Source: a virus. Taken from it: 64,000 nucleotides of DNA. Made by a program: the position numbers and the translations under genes. Within the stretch, counting starts at the first letter, position 1; each line of letters starts with the position of its first letter. Location of the stretch: the IMG/VR virus record IMGVR_UViG_3300027575_000002, positions 1 through 64,000 of that record; one strand, 5' to 3'. Shown here in pieces: positions 17,433-27,327 of this stretch. The notes under the pieces were generated by a model, which was not told the DNA's origin, ran no database searches, and was given only the letters and a program-made list of their open reading frames with translations.

Positions 17433-17617
17433 TGGACGACCAACCAAAACCACCGCTCGGCATACGCTGCCCCAAGTGCAGGACTCGCCTGCGCACCACG
17501 GACAGCGACCCGCTGCCTGAGTCCACGATACGAAGGTACAAGACGTGCGTTACATGCGGATACCGCGTGGTGACCAAGGAGCTGGTGGTGAGGGAATTGG
17601 GGAGTAAACCGACGTGA
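17432..17617 (+). CDS. zinc-ribbon protein (NrdR/Ogr-like finger)
   Basis: CPKC...RRYKTCVTCGYR. Confidence 0.5.
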   Translation: MDDQPKPPLGIRCPKCRTRLRTTDSDPLPESTIRRYKTCVTCGYRVVTKELVVRELGSKPT

Positions 17618-17772
17618 AGCGACAACTCAACTGGCAGCGGCGCAAGCGAGCGGCGGGCTTGTGCGAGAAGTGTGGCGGGAAGAAGGACCGGCAGGACCGC
17701 GTGAACTGCTTGAGGTGTAGGCTGAAGGACAGCAAGAGATACCGCGCAAAGAAGAATCCGGTTCAACCGTAA
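17614..17772 (+). CDS. small basic zinc-finger protein
   Basis: 52 codons, CEKCG...CLRC; GTGA overlap. Confidence 0.35.
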   Translation: MKRQLNWQRRKRAAGLCEKCGGKKDRQDRVNCLRCRLKDSKRYRAKKNPVQP

Positions 17773-17784
17773 TTGAGTTCACCA

Positions 17785-17976
17785 ATGCTCCAAGTCATAG
17801 GTCTGATCGTCGCTTGCTACGCCCTGGTGCGCCTGGTCCAGGTTCCGCTGGAGATGGCGGGGCACCGGGATACGTCGTTTACTGCCCGGCTGCTGATAGT
17901 CTGCGCTTGGTCGGCGGGCGGGTTCCTAGTGATAGCGTCCCTCGCCCTGTTCCTACTGTTAGGAAACAGCAGGTAG
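17785..17976 (+). CDS. small membrane protein
   Basis: Two hydrophobic segments. Confidence 0.45.
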   Translation: MLQVIGLIVACYALVRLVQVPLEMAGHRDTSFTARLLIVCAWSAGGFLVIASLALFLLLGNSR

Positions 17977-18033
17977 CGGCCGGGAACCTTTCCTACTCGC
18001 GGATTTCAGGCACCCAAAATTCCGACCCTGCTA

Positions 18034-18062
18034 TTGCAATCAATTCCCCGATTGGTAATACT
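18034..18062 (+). promoter_or_regulatory. candidate late promoter TTGCAA-N16/17-TAATAC/AATACT
   Basis: Lies in the 205-nt gap upstream of the head gene block; the -10 is imperfect. Confidence 0.35.
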
Positions 18063-18081
18063 ACCCTAGCAACGAAAATTG

Positions 18082-18167
18082 GCGGCACGATCCCCGTGCT
18101 ACCTATCGATTGGCTTCACCCCGGAGTAGCTACCGGGTGAATGTCACAATAAATCGTGCCGCTTTTT
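18082..18167 (+). terminator. leader helix plus U-tract (candidate attenuator/terminator)
   Basis: GCGGCACGAT (18082-18091) pairs with ATCGTGCCGC (18153-18162), followed by TTTTT (18163-18167). A competing local hairpin is GCACG/CGTGC (18085-18099). Confidence 0.4.
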
Positions 18168-18181
18168 CTATTGGCTTCCAC

Positions 18182-19447
18182 ATGGCAGCAACCAAGCAAA
18201 GAGCAGGCAGAGTAATCGACCTCCTGGAGGACATCAACTACTCCGTGGCGGGCGGCGCGACAGTAGACCGGGCCGCGTCCTGCATACGCAACTGCAAGGT
18301 GCTCACCAAGTATTCGCCGAACAAGAACGGCATGGACGTGGAGGGCATGACCTACGACCCGACGTTCCACGCGCGGGTGCGCGACGCACTGGAGTCGGCG
18401 GTGGTGGTCAACATCGGGCACGCACCCAAGGGCGAGCCGGACCAAGTGCGCCACCCCCGCGAGCCGAACGGCGTGCTGATGCCGCCCAGCGGGGGGCAAC
18501 CCTCCGACCCACAAGAGACGCGGGCAGACTGGTACCTCAACAAAGACCACGACATGACGGCGCGGATACTCACCGCAGCCGAGTCGCCGCAAATCTCCAA
18601 GAAGCAATACACGCTGTCCATCAACGCGCGGGGGTACGGAGAGGTCGGCAGCGACCGCCGCTACCACATGATGGAGTTTGAGAACCCCGGACTGCGGTGC
18701 GCGGACCTAGTGACGCGCGGCGGGGCGGTAATCAACTTCCTTGAGGAGCGAGAGACCATGACGACCAAGCAAGTCCCCTTCAAGGAGATCGTGGCGCGGT
18801 GCATCGCCAAGCCGTGCAAGAACGCACCCAAGAACCTCAAGAAGGGGTGGACCGACCTGCTCGAAATGTACGAGGACATGGCCGAGACGAAGGTGGACGA
18901 TCCGGCACCCAAGGCGGACGCCGAGGCGGAGGACATGGATTGGAAGGCGCACCTCGGCAACCTGCTGAAGGCCATCGCCAACGACCCGGAGATGGAGCCG
19001 GAGATGATCCGCTCCAAGATCACGGCCGCGCTGAAGTGCCTCGACGAGGGAGAGGACAAGGGGACCACCGACGACGAAGAGGAGGGCGAGGACGTGAAGG
19101 ACAAGGGCGAGGAAAAGAAGAAGGAGGCGATGGAGGCGGCAGAACTCCAGCGCTACCGAGCCGAGAAGGGCGTCATCAACTTCTGCGAGCAGGCGGAGAA
19201 CGGTGGACCATACCAACCGACCTCAGACGAGGTGGACGCCCTGATCGGCGTCACCGACGAGGCGAAGCGCAGGAAGTTAGTCAAGAAGTTCAAAACGGCG
19301 AGGGGTGAGAAGGCCATCGGAACGTCCAGCTCCCGCGACGTGGTGGAGTCGCGCGAGACCGGCAAGGACAAGACGGCGAACCTCGACTTCAGCGACCGCG
19401 ACCCGGAGAAGCGAGACAAGCGACTCGCGGCCTTCGCGGTGCGGTAA
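18182..19447 (+). CDS. candidate prohead protease/scaffold fusion
   Basis: Lies before the capsid gene. VVVNIGHAP and YTLSINARGYG loosely resemble the His and Ser regions of HK97-type (S78) proteases. C-terminal half is acidic and coiled, like a scaffold. Confidence 0.45.
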   Translation: MAATKQRAGRVIDLLEDINYSVAGGATVDRAASCIRNCKVLTKYSPNKNGMDVEGMTYDPTFHARVRDALESAVVVNIGHAPKGEPDQVRHPREPNGVLMPPSGGQPSDPQETRADWYLNKDHDMTARILTAAESPQISKKQYTLSINARGYGEVGSDRRYHMMEFENPGLRCADLVTRGGAVINFLEERETMTTKQVPFKEIVARCIAKPCKNAPKNLKKGWTDLLEMYEDMAETKVDDPAPKADAEAEDMDWKAHLGNLLKAIANDPEMEPEMIRSKITAALKCLDEGEDKGTTDDEEEGEDVKDKGEEKKKEAMEAAELQRYRAEKGVINFCEQAENGGPYQPTSDEVDALIGVTDEAKRRKLVKKFKTARGEKAIGTSSSRDVVESRETGKDKTANLDFSDRDPEKRDKRLAAFAVR

Positions 19448-19482
19448 TTCGGCGGAAACACAGACACGCAGGGGACAGGACC

Positions 19483-20427
19483 ATGTTGACGATCCGAGAC
19501 AAGCAGCAGCAGGCCGACCGCATCGCATTCGAGCGGGACTGCGAGCGTATGGGGTTCTCGCGCCGCGTCGAGCGCGAGCTGCGCACCCTGTACCACGGTC
19601 GGGCGGCGGTGGCAAGCGGTCGGACGCTCCCTGCTCAGCAGCCACAGGGACTAATCAAACCGGACACCAACGACGCTATGCACAAGTTCCGCACCGCGTT
19701 CATCTACGACCACTTCATGGAGGGGTTCTCGTCCAGCGCGACGGGCAAGTGGGTGACGACCGGGACCACGGGGTCGGGGGCGTCGGTGGCGATCAACACT
19801 GCGGCACCCGCCGGCGGCAAACTGACGTTCACGACGGGGGCCACGCAGAACAACATCGCGCAGATGCAGTCGGCGTACAGCGTATTCCAGTTCCTCAGCA
19901 ACCAGCCCCAGCAGTGCATCTGCAACCTGGCGTACACCGAGGGCAACGTCAACCTCGCCGGCATCGCGTTCGGGTTCGCGTCGAGCTGGACCAACATCCT
20001 CGCCAACACCACCTACGCCCTCCCCACGACGCTGAGCGGGGCACTGATCTACAAGATTCCCGGCGGAACCTACTGGAACGTGTTCGGCAGCGTGGGCACC
20101 ACGCAGTACACCCAGCTCACGACCGCAATCTGCCAGAACGCGGGCACACCTCAGAACATGGCCATATACGCAATGATGGACAGCGCGAGCAACGTCGAAC
20201 TCACGTTCGAGGTCTACGGCGCGGGCAACACCGCCACCCCGCAGGCTCCCTGGGCGTACCCATCGACGCTGGGCATGAGCCGATACCAGATCGCCAAGTT
20301 CTACATCCCCTACGCGAGCGCTGCGGCGATGCAGCTCGGTCTGTTCGTCATCAGCGGCGATCCGGGCGGGACGAGCGAGGTGGTGAACCTCGACCTCATA
20401 GGCGGCGGCATCCTGAGCATACCGTAA
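19483..20427 (+). CDS. hypothetical head-associated structural protein
   Basis: 314 aa, beta-rich, between the protease/scaffold candidate and the capsid gene. Confidence 0.55.
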   Translation: MLTIRDKQQQADRIAFERDCERMGFSRRVERELRTLYHGRAAVASGRTLPAQQPQGLIKPDTNDAMHKFRTAFIYDHFMEGFSSSATGKWVTTGTTGSGASVAINTAAPAGGKLTFTTGATQNNIAQMQSAYSVFQFLSNQPQQCICNLAYTEGNVNLAGIAFGFASSWTNILANTTYALPTTLSGALIYKIPGGTYWNVFGSVGTTQYTQLTTAICQNAGTPQNMAIYAMMDSASNVELTFEVYGAGNTATPQAPWAYPSTLGMSRYQIAKFYIPYASAAAMQLGLFVISGDPGGTSEVVNLDLIGGGILSIP

Positions 20428-20481
20428 CCAGCGGCGGAGCACGGCACGGGTCGGAACAGAGGCAAAGAAGGAAACCATACT

Positions 20482-21741
20482 ATGCTGCAACTCGACTACA
20501 GGGCTATTGCCCGGCAGAAGCCGGAAGTCAAGAGGAGCGTCGCCCTCGACATCCTGGAGAACCTGGAGGAGTCGGCCTCCAACATGTTCCGGTTCGCCGG
20601 CACCTCGCAGGGCATGAACCTGCGCGCCGGTGCTCTCAGGCCGACCGACGCCTTCTCGATCCGCAACTGCTTCACCGCGTTCGTCAAGGAAGGGGAGGAA
20701 ATCCTCCGGCTGATCGACCCGCGCCGCAAGTCGGGCGGGTTCTCCATCAGGGACGTGTACGAGGCGGCGGGCGACACGATCAACAGCGGCGACTTTGCCA
20801 ACATCACCGGGCAGTTCATCTGGAACCGCTTCCTCGAAGGTTACAACTACCCGATGGCCCTGTGGCCGATGCTAACCCAAGAATATCAGACTAATTTCTT
20901 GAACGGCGAGCGCATCCCAGGCGTCGGCGAGTTCGGCACGGCGGGCATCGAGGTGGTCGGCGAGGGCGAGCGGTTCCCGACAATGGGCCTCAACGAGGAG
21001 TGGATCGACACCCCCCCCCTCCAAAAGCGCGGCTTTACATGCGAAATCACGAAAGAGATGACCATACAGGACCAAACGTCACTGGTGATGGAGCGGGCGG
21101 CGGGTGGGGGCAAGTGGATCAGCATCAACAAGGACATACGATGCCTCCAGCACGTCACGGGCGTCGTCAACACGTACTCGCGCAACGGCGTGTCGAGCAA
21201 CAACTACCAGACGGCAGGCAGTTACATCAACAAGACGGCCGTACCGCTGGTCAACTGGCAGAGCGTGCAGACGGTCGAGCTGCTGCTGGCCAACATCACC
21301 GACCCCAACACCGGGACGCCGGTGGTCCTGGAGGCGACGCAGTTCCTCGTACCCCTCGCGCTTAAGCGCACCAGCAACTTCCTTATGCAGGCTGGCAGCG
21401 TGGCGATGGTGGACAACACGCCGACGAACAACACCGTCCGATCCTACGGCGACAACCCGATGGCGCAGGGGTACTGGGGCCAGAAGCGGGCCGACGTGAT
21501 GTGCAACAGCTTCGTGGGCAACACGGCGGTAATCGGCGGCACCAAGAACAACACCACGAGCTGGTGGCTCGGCGACTTCAAGCGCGCGTACAAGTACAAG
21601 CAGGCGTGGGCGGCAGAGACGACGCAGATGGCTCCGAACTCGCTGGAGAGCTTCCACCGGGACGTGGTAACGGGATGGAAGTTCACGGAGATGGGCACGC
21701 CGATGACCGAGAACCCGCGCTACGCGGCGCAGGGAAATTGA
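20482..21741 (+). CDS. major capsid protein (HK97-fold candidate)
   Basis: 419 aa, correct position and size; GERIPGVGEFGTAGIEVVGEGERFP...CEITKEMTIQD resembles capsid E-loop/P-domain segments. Confidence 0.65.
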   Translation: MLQLDYRAIARQKPEVKRSVALDILENLEESASNMFRFAGTSQGMNLRAGALRPTDAFSIRNCFTAFVKEGEEILRLIDPRRKSGGFSIRDVYEAAGDTINSGDFANITGQFIWNRFLEGYNYPMALWPMLTQEYQTNFLNGERIPGVGEFGTAGIEVVGEGERFPTMGLNEEWIDTPPLQKRGFTCEITKEMTIQDQTSLVMERAAGGGKWISINKDIRCLQHVTGVVNTYSRNGVSSNNYQTAGSYINKTAVPLVNWQSVQTVELLLANITDPNTGTPVVLEATQFLVPLALKRTSNFLMQAGSVAMVDNTPTNNTVRSYGDNPMAQGYWGQKRADVMCNSFVGNTAVIGGTKNNTTSWWLGDFKRAYKYKQAWAAETTQMAPNSLESFHRDVVTGWKFTEMGTPMTENPRYAAQGN

Positions 21742-21779
21742 CCAACACGAAAACCAAGATCGCCCCTCGACTCTAGCAG

Positions 21780-22283
21780 GTGAAGACGATGGCAGACACC
21801 AAGCAGCCGACCGCAGACGAGAAGATCGCGGCGCTCGAGGCTCGCCTCGCGAAGCAGGCCGACCAGATCGACGCCCTCATGGTGCTGGTCAAGGCGCAGG
21901 CGGTCCAGCCGGACAGCGAGTGGACCCGCGAGCGCGTCAAGCAGGCGGCGCTGGAGGGCGTGCACGCGGCGATTGCAGCTTACATCGAGCTGCCGTACCA
22001 GGACCGCAGCCAGATCGAGGCGAACCGGTACGAGTTCGACGGCAAGCTGATCTTCTCCGTCCTGCTCGGCACGGGCAAGAAGGGTGAGTGGCCGAGGCTG
22101 GCCATACGCGCCGACCGGCCCGGCGACGCGAAGTCGCGGTACATGGAGGTGTGCGGCATCGGCAGCGTGACCGCAGACGCCAACCACCCGGAGTTTTCGC
22201 GGTGGACCGTCGCGGACGCGACCAAGGACAAGGCGGCGCAGGACGCGGTGAACCTGGAGTTCGAGTACGAGCAGGCGGCGTGA
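21780..22283 (+). CDS. hypothetical protein
   Basis: 167 aa; start uncertain (GTG 21780 or ATG 21789). Confidence 0.5.
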   Translation: MKTMADTKQPTADEKIAALEARLAKQADQIDALMVLVKAQAVQPDSEWTRERVKQAALEGVHAAIAAYIELPYQDRSQIEANRYEFDGKLIFSVLLGTGKKGEWPRLAIRADRPGDAKSRYMEVCGIGSVTADANHPEFSRWTVADATKDKAAQDAVNLEFEYEQAA

Positions 22284-22318
22284 GCCGAGACTGCGCAACC
22301 TAGTGGAGAGATGCCACA

Positions 22319-23344
22319 ATGCTTACGCTAGCTGATGGACAACTCGCGACGACCGCCACCGCACTCGGCACGCAGGGGTCTTGGCCCATAGCCAACGCGC
22401 CGCAGCCGCAGCCGTGGGGCAACCCGGTCAACGTGTCGCTGCTCAACACGAGCGGGGCGAACACGGAGACCATCCTCGTATTCGTGCAGCGCGGGTCCAA
22501 CAACACCACCACCAACCGGAGGGTGGCTCGGTTCGTGCTGTCCCCCAACGAGCAGGGATTCATCACCTCGCTGGTCCTCGGACCCGCCGACGTGATCCTC
22601 GCGCAGACGACGGACGGCACGACGGTGGACTACCTAATCAGCGAGGGCATGCCGGGACCGCTGAACGTCTTCACGCTCGACAGCAAGGGGCAGATAAAGC
22701 AAACCAATGGCACCAGCATCACCGGGGCGACGACGCTGACCAGCACGTCGGCGAACGCCCTCTCGGTCGGCGCGAACGGTGCGACAAACCCCGTATTCAA
22801 CGTCAACGCGGCCACGTCCTCGGTGGCGACGGGCGTCCAAGTCACCGGAGCGGCAGCCGGCAGCGGCGTCGCGCTCCTGGTCATCAGCAGCGGAACGAAC
22901 GAGGCAGCCACCATCGACACAAAGGGCACTGGGACACTGGGCCTCCAGACCGTCAGCGGTACTGGCAACGTCCTGTGCGGGACCGGCCTGCTCGTCAACG
23001 CGAGCGTGACGGCGGGCGGCGTCGGGTACGGCACGGGGGCGGGCGGGACGGTGGCTCAGGGCACGTCGCGCACGACCGGGGTCACGCTCAGCAAGCTGAG
23101 CGGCACCATCACGCTCGTATCGGCGGCAGGGTCCGCCACGGCGTTTACCATGACGGTCACGAACACCCTAGTGGCTGCGACCGACTCCATCATCGTCAGC
23201 CAGAAGTCGGGAACCGATGCATACCAGGCCGTGGTGAGCGCGGTCGGAGCTGGATCGTTCAAGCTCACCATCACCGACCTGACGGGGACGACAACCGAGA
23301 CCCCGGCGTTCAACGTGCAGGTCATCAAGGGAGTCGCCGCGTAA
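22319..23344 (+). CDS. hypothetical Thr/Gly/Ala-rich structural protein
   Basis: 341 aa, repetitive beta-strand-like composition. Confidence 0.55.
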   Translation: MLTLADGQLATTATALGTQGSWPIANAPQPQPWGNPVNVSLLNTSGANTETILVFVQRGSNNTTTNRRVARFVLSPNEQGFITSLVLGPADVILAQTTDGTTVDYLISEGMPGPLNVFTLDSKGQIKQTNGTSITGATTLTSTSANALSVGANGATNPVFNVNAATSSVATGVQVTGAAAGSGVALLVISSGTNEAATIDTKGTGTLGLQTVSGTGNVLCGTGLLVNASVTAGGVGYGTGAGGTVAQGTSRTTGVTLSKLSGTITLVSAAGSATAFTMTVTNTLVAATDSIIVSQKSGTDAYQAVVSAVGAGSFKLTITDLTGTTTETPAFNVQVIKGVAA

Positions 23345-23526
23345 TGAACGTGCAGACCAGTGCGCAAGAGATGAATGCCATCATCGGCACGCAGACTATT
23401 CGGATCAACCAGCTCGAAACCGAGCTGGAGCGGACCAAGGCGGAGCTGGACCAGGAGCGGACGGCACGAGAGAGCGACCGACTCCAGCTCCAGGCAATCG
23501 ACGTGCAAGAGATTGGAGTCCAGTAG
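23344..23526 (+). CDS. small coiled-coil protein
   Basis: 60 codons, TAATG coupling; heptad-like QLETELERTKAELDQER. Confidence 0.4.
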   Translation: MNVQTSAQEMNAIIGTQTIRINQLETELERTKAELDQERTARESDRLQLQAIDVQEIGVQ

Positions 23527-23762
23527 TGGCGGCAAGCGGAATAATGCTGCAAGTCCAGGCACTAGACCAGCAGTCGCTGGTCAACGTGACTATGGCACTC
23601 AACGACATGACTGCGCAGCCGAAGCCTAACTACAGCATCAACGGGCAGAGCTACTCGTGGGCGGAGCTGTTCGACAAGTTGCAGGAGATGAAGAGAAAAT
23701 TACTCGTTGACATTCAGGATGACGATGGACCCTGGGAAGTAGTAAATTACGGAAGATTCTGA
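23526..23762 (+). CDS. head-tail joining protein candidate (gpW-like)
   Basis: 78 aa; NYSINGQSYSWAELFDKLQEMKRKL resembles the gpW family pattern; position-based. Confidence 0.35.
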   Translation: MAASGIMLQVQALDQQSLVNVTMALNDMTAQPKPNYSINGQSYSWAELFDKLQEMKRKLLVDIQDDDGPWEVVNYGRF

Positions 23763-23789
23763 ATCTTATGTGGACATAGAGAATTTTCA

Positions 23790-24230
23790 ATGGTCTCCGT
23801 ATACCAACGCGGGGCGGTATTCGGCCAGGCCGGGCAGGAGCCGACACCCAACACGTACACCGAGGGGACTCTCTACAGCCCGACGCTCGTTGGCAACAAC
23901 GTGGTCTGGGACAACGCAGAGACGATCCAATACTTCCAGACCAAGATAGGTGTCGCGCCCTCGACAATCGCTGTGACAGTGCAAAACACTTTGTGGACGA
24001 TCATCAAGAAGAAGCTGCTCGACCCGACCTCGCCCCTGATAGGGATGGACAACATCGTGGTGCTGCCCAGTCAATTCCTCAATGGGATCACGCCGAAATC
24101 CAAGGACGTACTCGAACGCGCAGACGGCACGCAGTGGGCGATCGGGGCTGGCGACGAGATGGTGCAGCAGTTAGTCGGCAGTGACTTCCAGGTGGCGGTC
24201 AAGAAGTCGCACGGGCAGGGAGTGGCGTGA
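23790..24230 (+). CDS. neck/head-tail connector candidate
   Basis: Position only. Confidence 0.45.
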   Translation: MVSVYQRGAVFGQAGQEPTPNTYTEGTLYSPTLVGNNVVWDNAETIQYFQTKIGVAPSTIAVTVQNTLWTIIKKKLLDPTSPLIGMDNIVVLPSQFLNGITPKSKDVLERADGTQWAIGAGDEMVQQLVGSDFQVAVKKSHGQGVA

Positions 24231-24231
24231 C

Positions 24232-24693
24232 GTGCCCAACTCTATCGAGACGCAGCAGCGCCTGGATTTGCAGACCATAGTCCAGGCGGGCAACATCGGG
24301 ATACCGCAGGCGCAGATAGTAATCAGGGACGAGCCGGTGGTGGTGGACGGCGACCCGCTTCCGCTACTGATCCTGTGCCCCGGAACCAAGGTGGCATCGA
24401 AGCCGTTCAACTTCGAGGGCGCGACGACGGAGCGGGTGTACGTGACGAGGTTCGTGTACGTCGAGGGAACTTCGGGTGATGGCACGCTGGCCCTGCCGAG
24501 CTACGAGTCGATTCAGGCTGCGATACGCCAGAGCGTCAACAGCAGCGGCGGCAACTTCCGCACTACTCTGCCGAACTGCCCCACGGTGCAGATGCTCTGG
24601 TTCAGGGACGAGACGAATGACGTTCCAAAGCTGGACATCAACTACCCGTACAGACTTCTGGAGCTAGAAGTCCACAGTCAGGAGCAGGGGTAA
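24232..24693 (+). CDS. neck/tail completion candidate
   Basis: GTG start 1 nt after the upstream stop; position only. Confidence 0.45.
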   Translation: MPNSIETQQRLDLQTIVQAGNIGIPQAQIVIRDEPVVVDGDPLPLLILCPGTKVASKPFNFEGATTERVYVTRFVYVEGTSGDGTLALPSYESIQAAIRQSVNSSGGNFRTTLPNCPTVQMLWFRDETNDVPKLDINYPYRLLELEVHSQEQG

Positions 24694-25001
24694 TGGTGAA
24701 GGTGGGCGACGACCTGTGGCTATTCCTGGACGGGCGCGGGCCTGACCACACGCCACTTGCCGCGAAGGTGACGAGGGTCTGGCCTAACGGGACGGTCAAC
24801 ATCGCAGCATGGTCGGAGAACGGTACACCGCTCATCCAGCACGAGATGAACCCGGTAGCGGTGGTCGAGACCCAGGCGCCCAAGCACGGGCACTTCTGCA
24901 CGCTGCCGGGAGCCAACGTGTCGCCGTGGGTGGACGAGGTAGAGGCAGTGATCCATGCACCAGCAGTCGAAACAAAGGCCGAAGAGGTGAAGCATGAATA
25001 A
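24693..25001 (+). CDS. hypothetical protein
   Basis: TAATG coupling; 102 aa. Confidence 0.45.
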   Translation: MVKVGDDLWLFLDGRGPDHTPLAAKVTRVWPNGTVNIAAWSENGTPLIQHEMNPVAVVETQAPKHGHFCTLPGANVSPWVDEVEAVIHAPAVETKAEEVKHE

Positions 25002-25701
25002 CAGAGCGCGACGGTTCAAGCGTGCGATGCAGGCGATCACGGGCAACGAGCCGGTCCAATGGTCATCTGAGATGTGGCACATGTTCCAGGACCAGCTGTT
25101 TGGCATCGGACTCAACAAGGGGCCGATGGGGGTGAGGTTTGCCGTCACCCTCACCTCATTCGGGCAGGCGTACATGGGCGTGACCGGACAGGTGTCCTCG
25201 CCCGCCATCACGCCACCGACCGGGGTCAGCGGTGTGCTCGGACTCAACGCCTGGACGTTCCCTCGCGGCAACCAGACCTACACGTTTGGTACTGGATTGT
25301 CTGCAAACGGCAGCCCGCAGATCAACCAGATAATCCAGGTGACGCGCACCATTGCGGCGAGCGGCAACTACGCCGGGGCCATCAATGCCCAGAACTCCAA
25401 CATCTGCGGAGTCGCGGCCTCCACGGTCACGGCACTCAAGGCGGCGTCCGTCGAGCTGCTCAACGCAGCGCAGGGCGGGACTACCGCCAGCACTATAGTG
25501 CTCGGCAACAACGGGTCGAACCCGTGGGCTGGCCCGTTCGGCACGACCGGAACGTACACGCTCAACAGCGGGGAGATGTGGTATCACGAGACCCCGACCG
25601 CCGGCGGATATGCAGTCGGCTCGAGCGATGTACTAAAGATGGTCAACAGCGACTCCGTAAATAACGCTTCTGTCCGGACGTGCTACCTGGGACTGGCGTA
25701 A
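24994..25701 (+). CDS. hypothetical tail-associated protein
   Basis: 235 aa; position only. Confidence 0.5.
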   Translation: MNNRARRFKRAMQAITGNEPVQWSSEMWHMFQDQLFGIGLNKGPMGVRFAVTLTSFGQAYMGVTGQVSSPAITPPTGVSGVLGLNAWTFPRGNQTYTFGTGLSANGSPQINQIIQVTRTIAASGNYAGAINAQNSNICGVAASTVTALKAASVELLNAAQGGTTASTIVLGNNGSNPWAGPFGTTGTYTLNSGEMWYHETPTAGGYAVGSSDVLKMVNSDSVNNASVRTCYLGLA

Positions 25702-25722
25702 ACAAAACCGCAGGAGAAGGCA

Positions 25723-26253
25723 ATGCTCACGATAGTAAACAAGTTCCTGGCGGTCGAGCGCGAGAGGCGCAAGTTAATCCTGCCGAAGGGCGGGGTCAAA
25801 GAACTCTACCAGCAGCTCACGCAGCAGCAGCAGCAGGTGGGCCTCGCTAAGCCTGCGTTCATCGGGCGAGCGCAGGTCAACAGCACGAACCTCTACGTCC
25901 GCAAGTTCGCAGTAAAGGCGGGTTCGGAGTGGATCAGCATCGAAACATTCGAGTCGCTGGACTCCACGCGCAACTACAACCTGTTCACGCAGCGCCTCGC
26001 CGGCAAGCGCGAGATCACGTTCCAGATCAGCGGATACTACGACTACAACAACACCCCCAGCTCGCTCGGACTGGTGGACGGCGCGACGATCACCAACGTG
26101 AAGTTGTTCGTGGACCAGCTCAACAACAAGTTCTGGAACCTCCCGCTTGCCACGGTGGACAGCGTTAGCGTGGACAACGACATGACGGGGCCGAACTACA
26201 CCGGCTTCTCGATGGAGTGCCACTCGCAGCTCGGATTCGACTACCCGGTATAA
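25723..26253 (+). CDS. candidate major tail tube protein
   Basis: 176 aa, good SD, two genes upstream of the chaperone pair; no sheath-sized gene nearby. Confidence 0.4.
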   Translation: MLTIVNKFLAVERERRKLILPKGGVKELYQQLTQQQQQVGLAKPAFIGRAQVNSTNLYVRKFAVKAGSEWISIETFESLDSTRNYNLFTQRLAGKREITFQISGYYDYNNTPSSLGLVDGATITNVKLFVDQLNNKFWNLPLATVDSVSVDNDMTGPNYTGFSMECHSQLGFDYPV

Positions 26254-26258
26254 CACAC

Positions 26259-26675
26259 ATGCTCCACTACAGTGCAAGACAACGAAATGATGGTCGCTGG
26301 GACTACACGTGCAGCGGCAGACCGGTCGGATATTGCTGTCCGTACTCGCCCATTCCAGAGGACGGCAGCATACCCAGCGCAGAAAAATGGAACGAGAAGA
26401 TCGCGCCCCTGCGAGACAAGTTCCACACGCTTGGACACGCGACCGAAGATGAGGCGCAGGACTGCTACAAGCAATACCTGTTGGACACGTCCCTGACGCT
26501 GAAAACGACTGAACCTGAAAATGCGAATCAGCAGAACAGGTGCAGGGTATGCAAGAAGTTCACTGCCTGCCTTGCGATGGTTGGTGCATACAGCATGTTC
26601 GTATTATGCCCGGAACACCAGACTCGCGAGGTAGTGGCAGGACTACTGGTGGTCGGTGAGAGTTGGGAGAGTTAA
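26259..26675 (+). CDS. hypothetical Cys-rich protein
   Basis: 138 aa. Confidence 0.45.
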   Translation: MLHYSARQRNDGRWDYTCSGRPVGYCCPYSPIPEDGSIPSAEKWNEKIAPLRDKFHTLGHATEDEAQDCYKQYLLDTSLTLKTTEPENANQQNRCRVCKKFTACLAMVGAYSMFVLCPEHQTREVVAGLLVVGESWES

Positions 26676-26682
26676 AAAGACA

Positions 26683-27327
26683 ATGGCAGAGACACAACAC
26701 ACACTCGGAGCCAAGGCGTCGTTCTCTATCGACCCGCAGGACTGGACCAAGTCAGCAAAGACTGACAATAAGGGAATGGCGGAGTACACGCTGTCTGCGC
26801 GGACGTTCAACGACGAGGCGGCATACGAGCGCTGGTACAAGAAGCGGCTGGAGGACGAAGTACACGAGACGGTGTACGGACTCCGATCCAAGGCGGAGGT
26901 GTTGGCCGAAGAGGGTCGCAACCACACCATGAGGCAGATGGACCTGCCCAAGTCCCAGGACGCGGACGCCAAGGAGGAGGCGCGACTTGCGGTCGAGTGC
27001 CGCAAGAAGGCGACGCTATTCGACTACGAGGCCGACCGCTGCATCAAGGAGTGGTCGCAGGAGAAGGCGCAGGGCAAATTCGGATACCACGAGTCGGCCT
27101 GCGAGAACTCCCTGCGCTACGAGCCGGGGCAGGCGTACCTGCTGCTGCTCATGCTAAAGAGGGTGCACCCGACTGCCACAATCGAGGAGGCGACGAAGCT
27201 GATCCGCGACCACTACGCAATCGTGGACGAGAAGATTCGCGAGGTAAACGACACAGGAAAAAACTCCAGGTCCACGACATCTTCAGCGGGCGAGCAGAAG
27301 GCGGAGAAGGATTCGAGTTCAACCTAG
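26683..27327 (+). CDS. tail assembly chaperone (gpG analogue)
   Basis: Immediately upstream of the tape measure; contains a slippery heptamer 21 codons before its stop. Confidence 0.6.
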   Translation: MAETQHTLGAKASFSIDPQDWTKSAKTDNKGMAEYTLSARTFNDEAAYERWYKKRLEDEVHETVYGLRSKAEVLAEEGRNHTMRQMDLPKSQDADAKEEARLAVECRKKATLFDYEADRCIKEWSQEKAQGKFGYHESACENSLRYEPGQAYLLLLMLKRVHPTATIEEATKLIRDHYAIVDEKIREVNDTGKNSRSTTSSAGEQKAEKDSSST

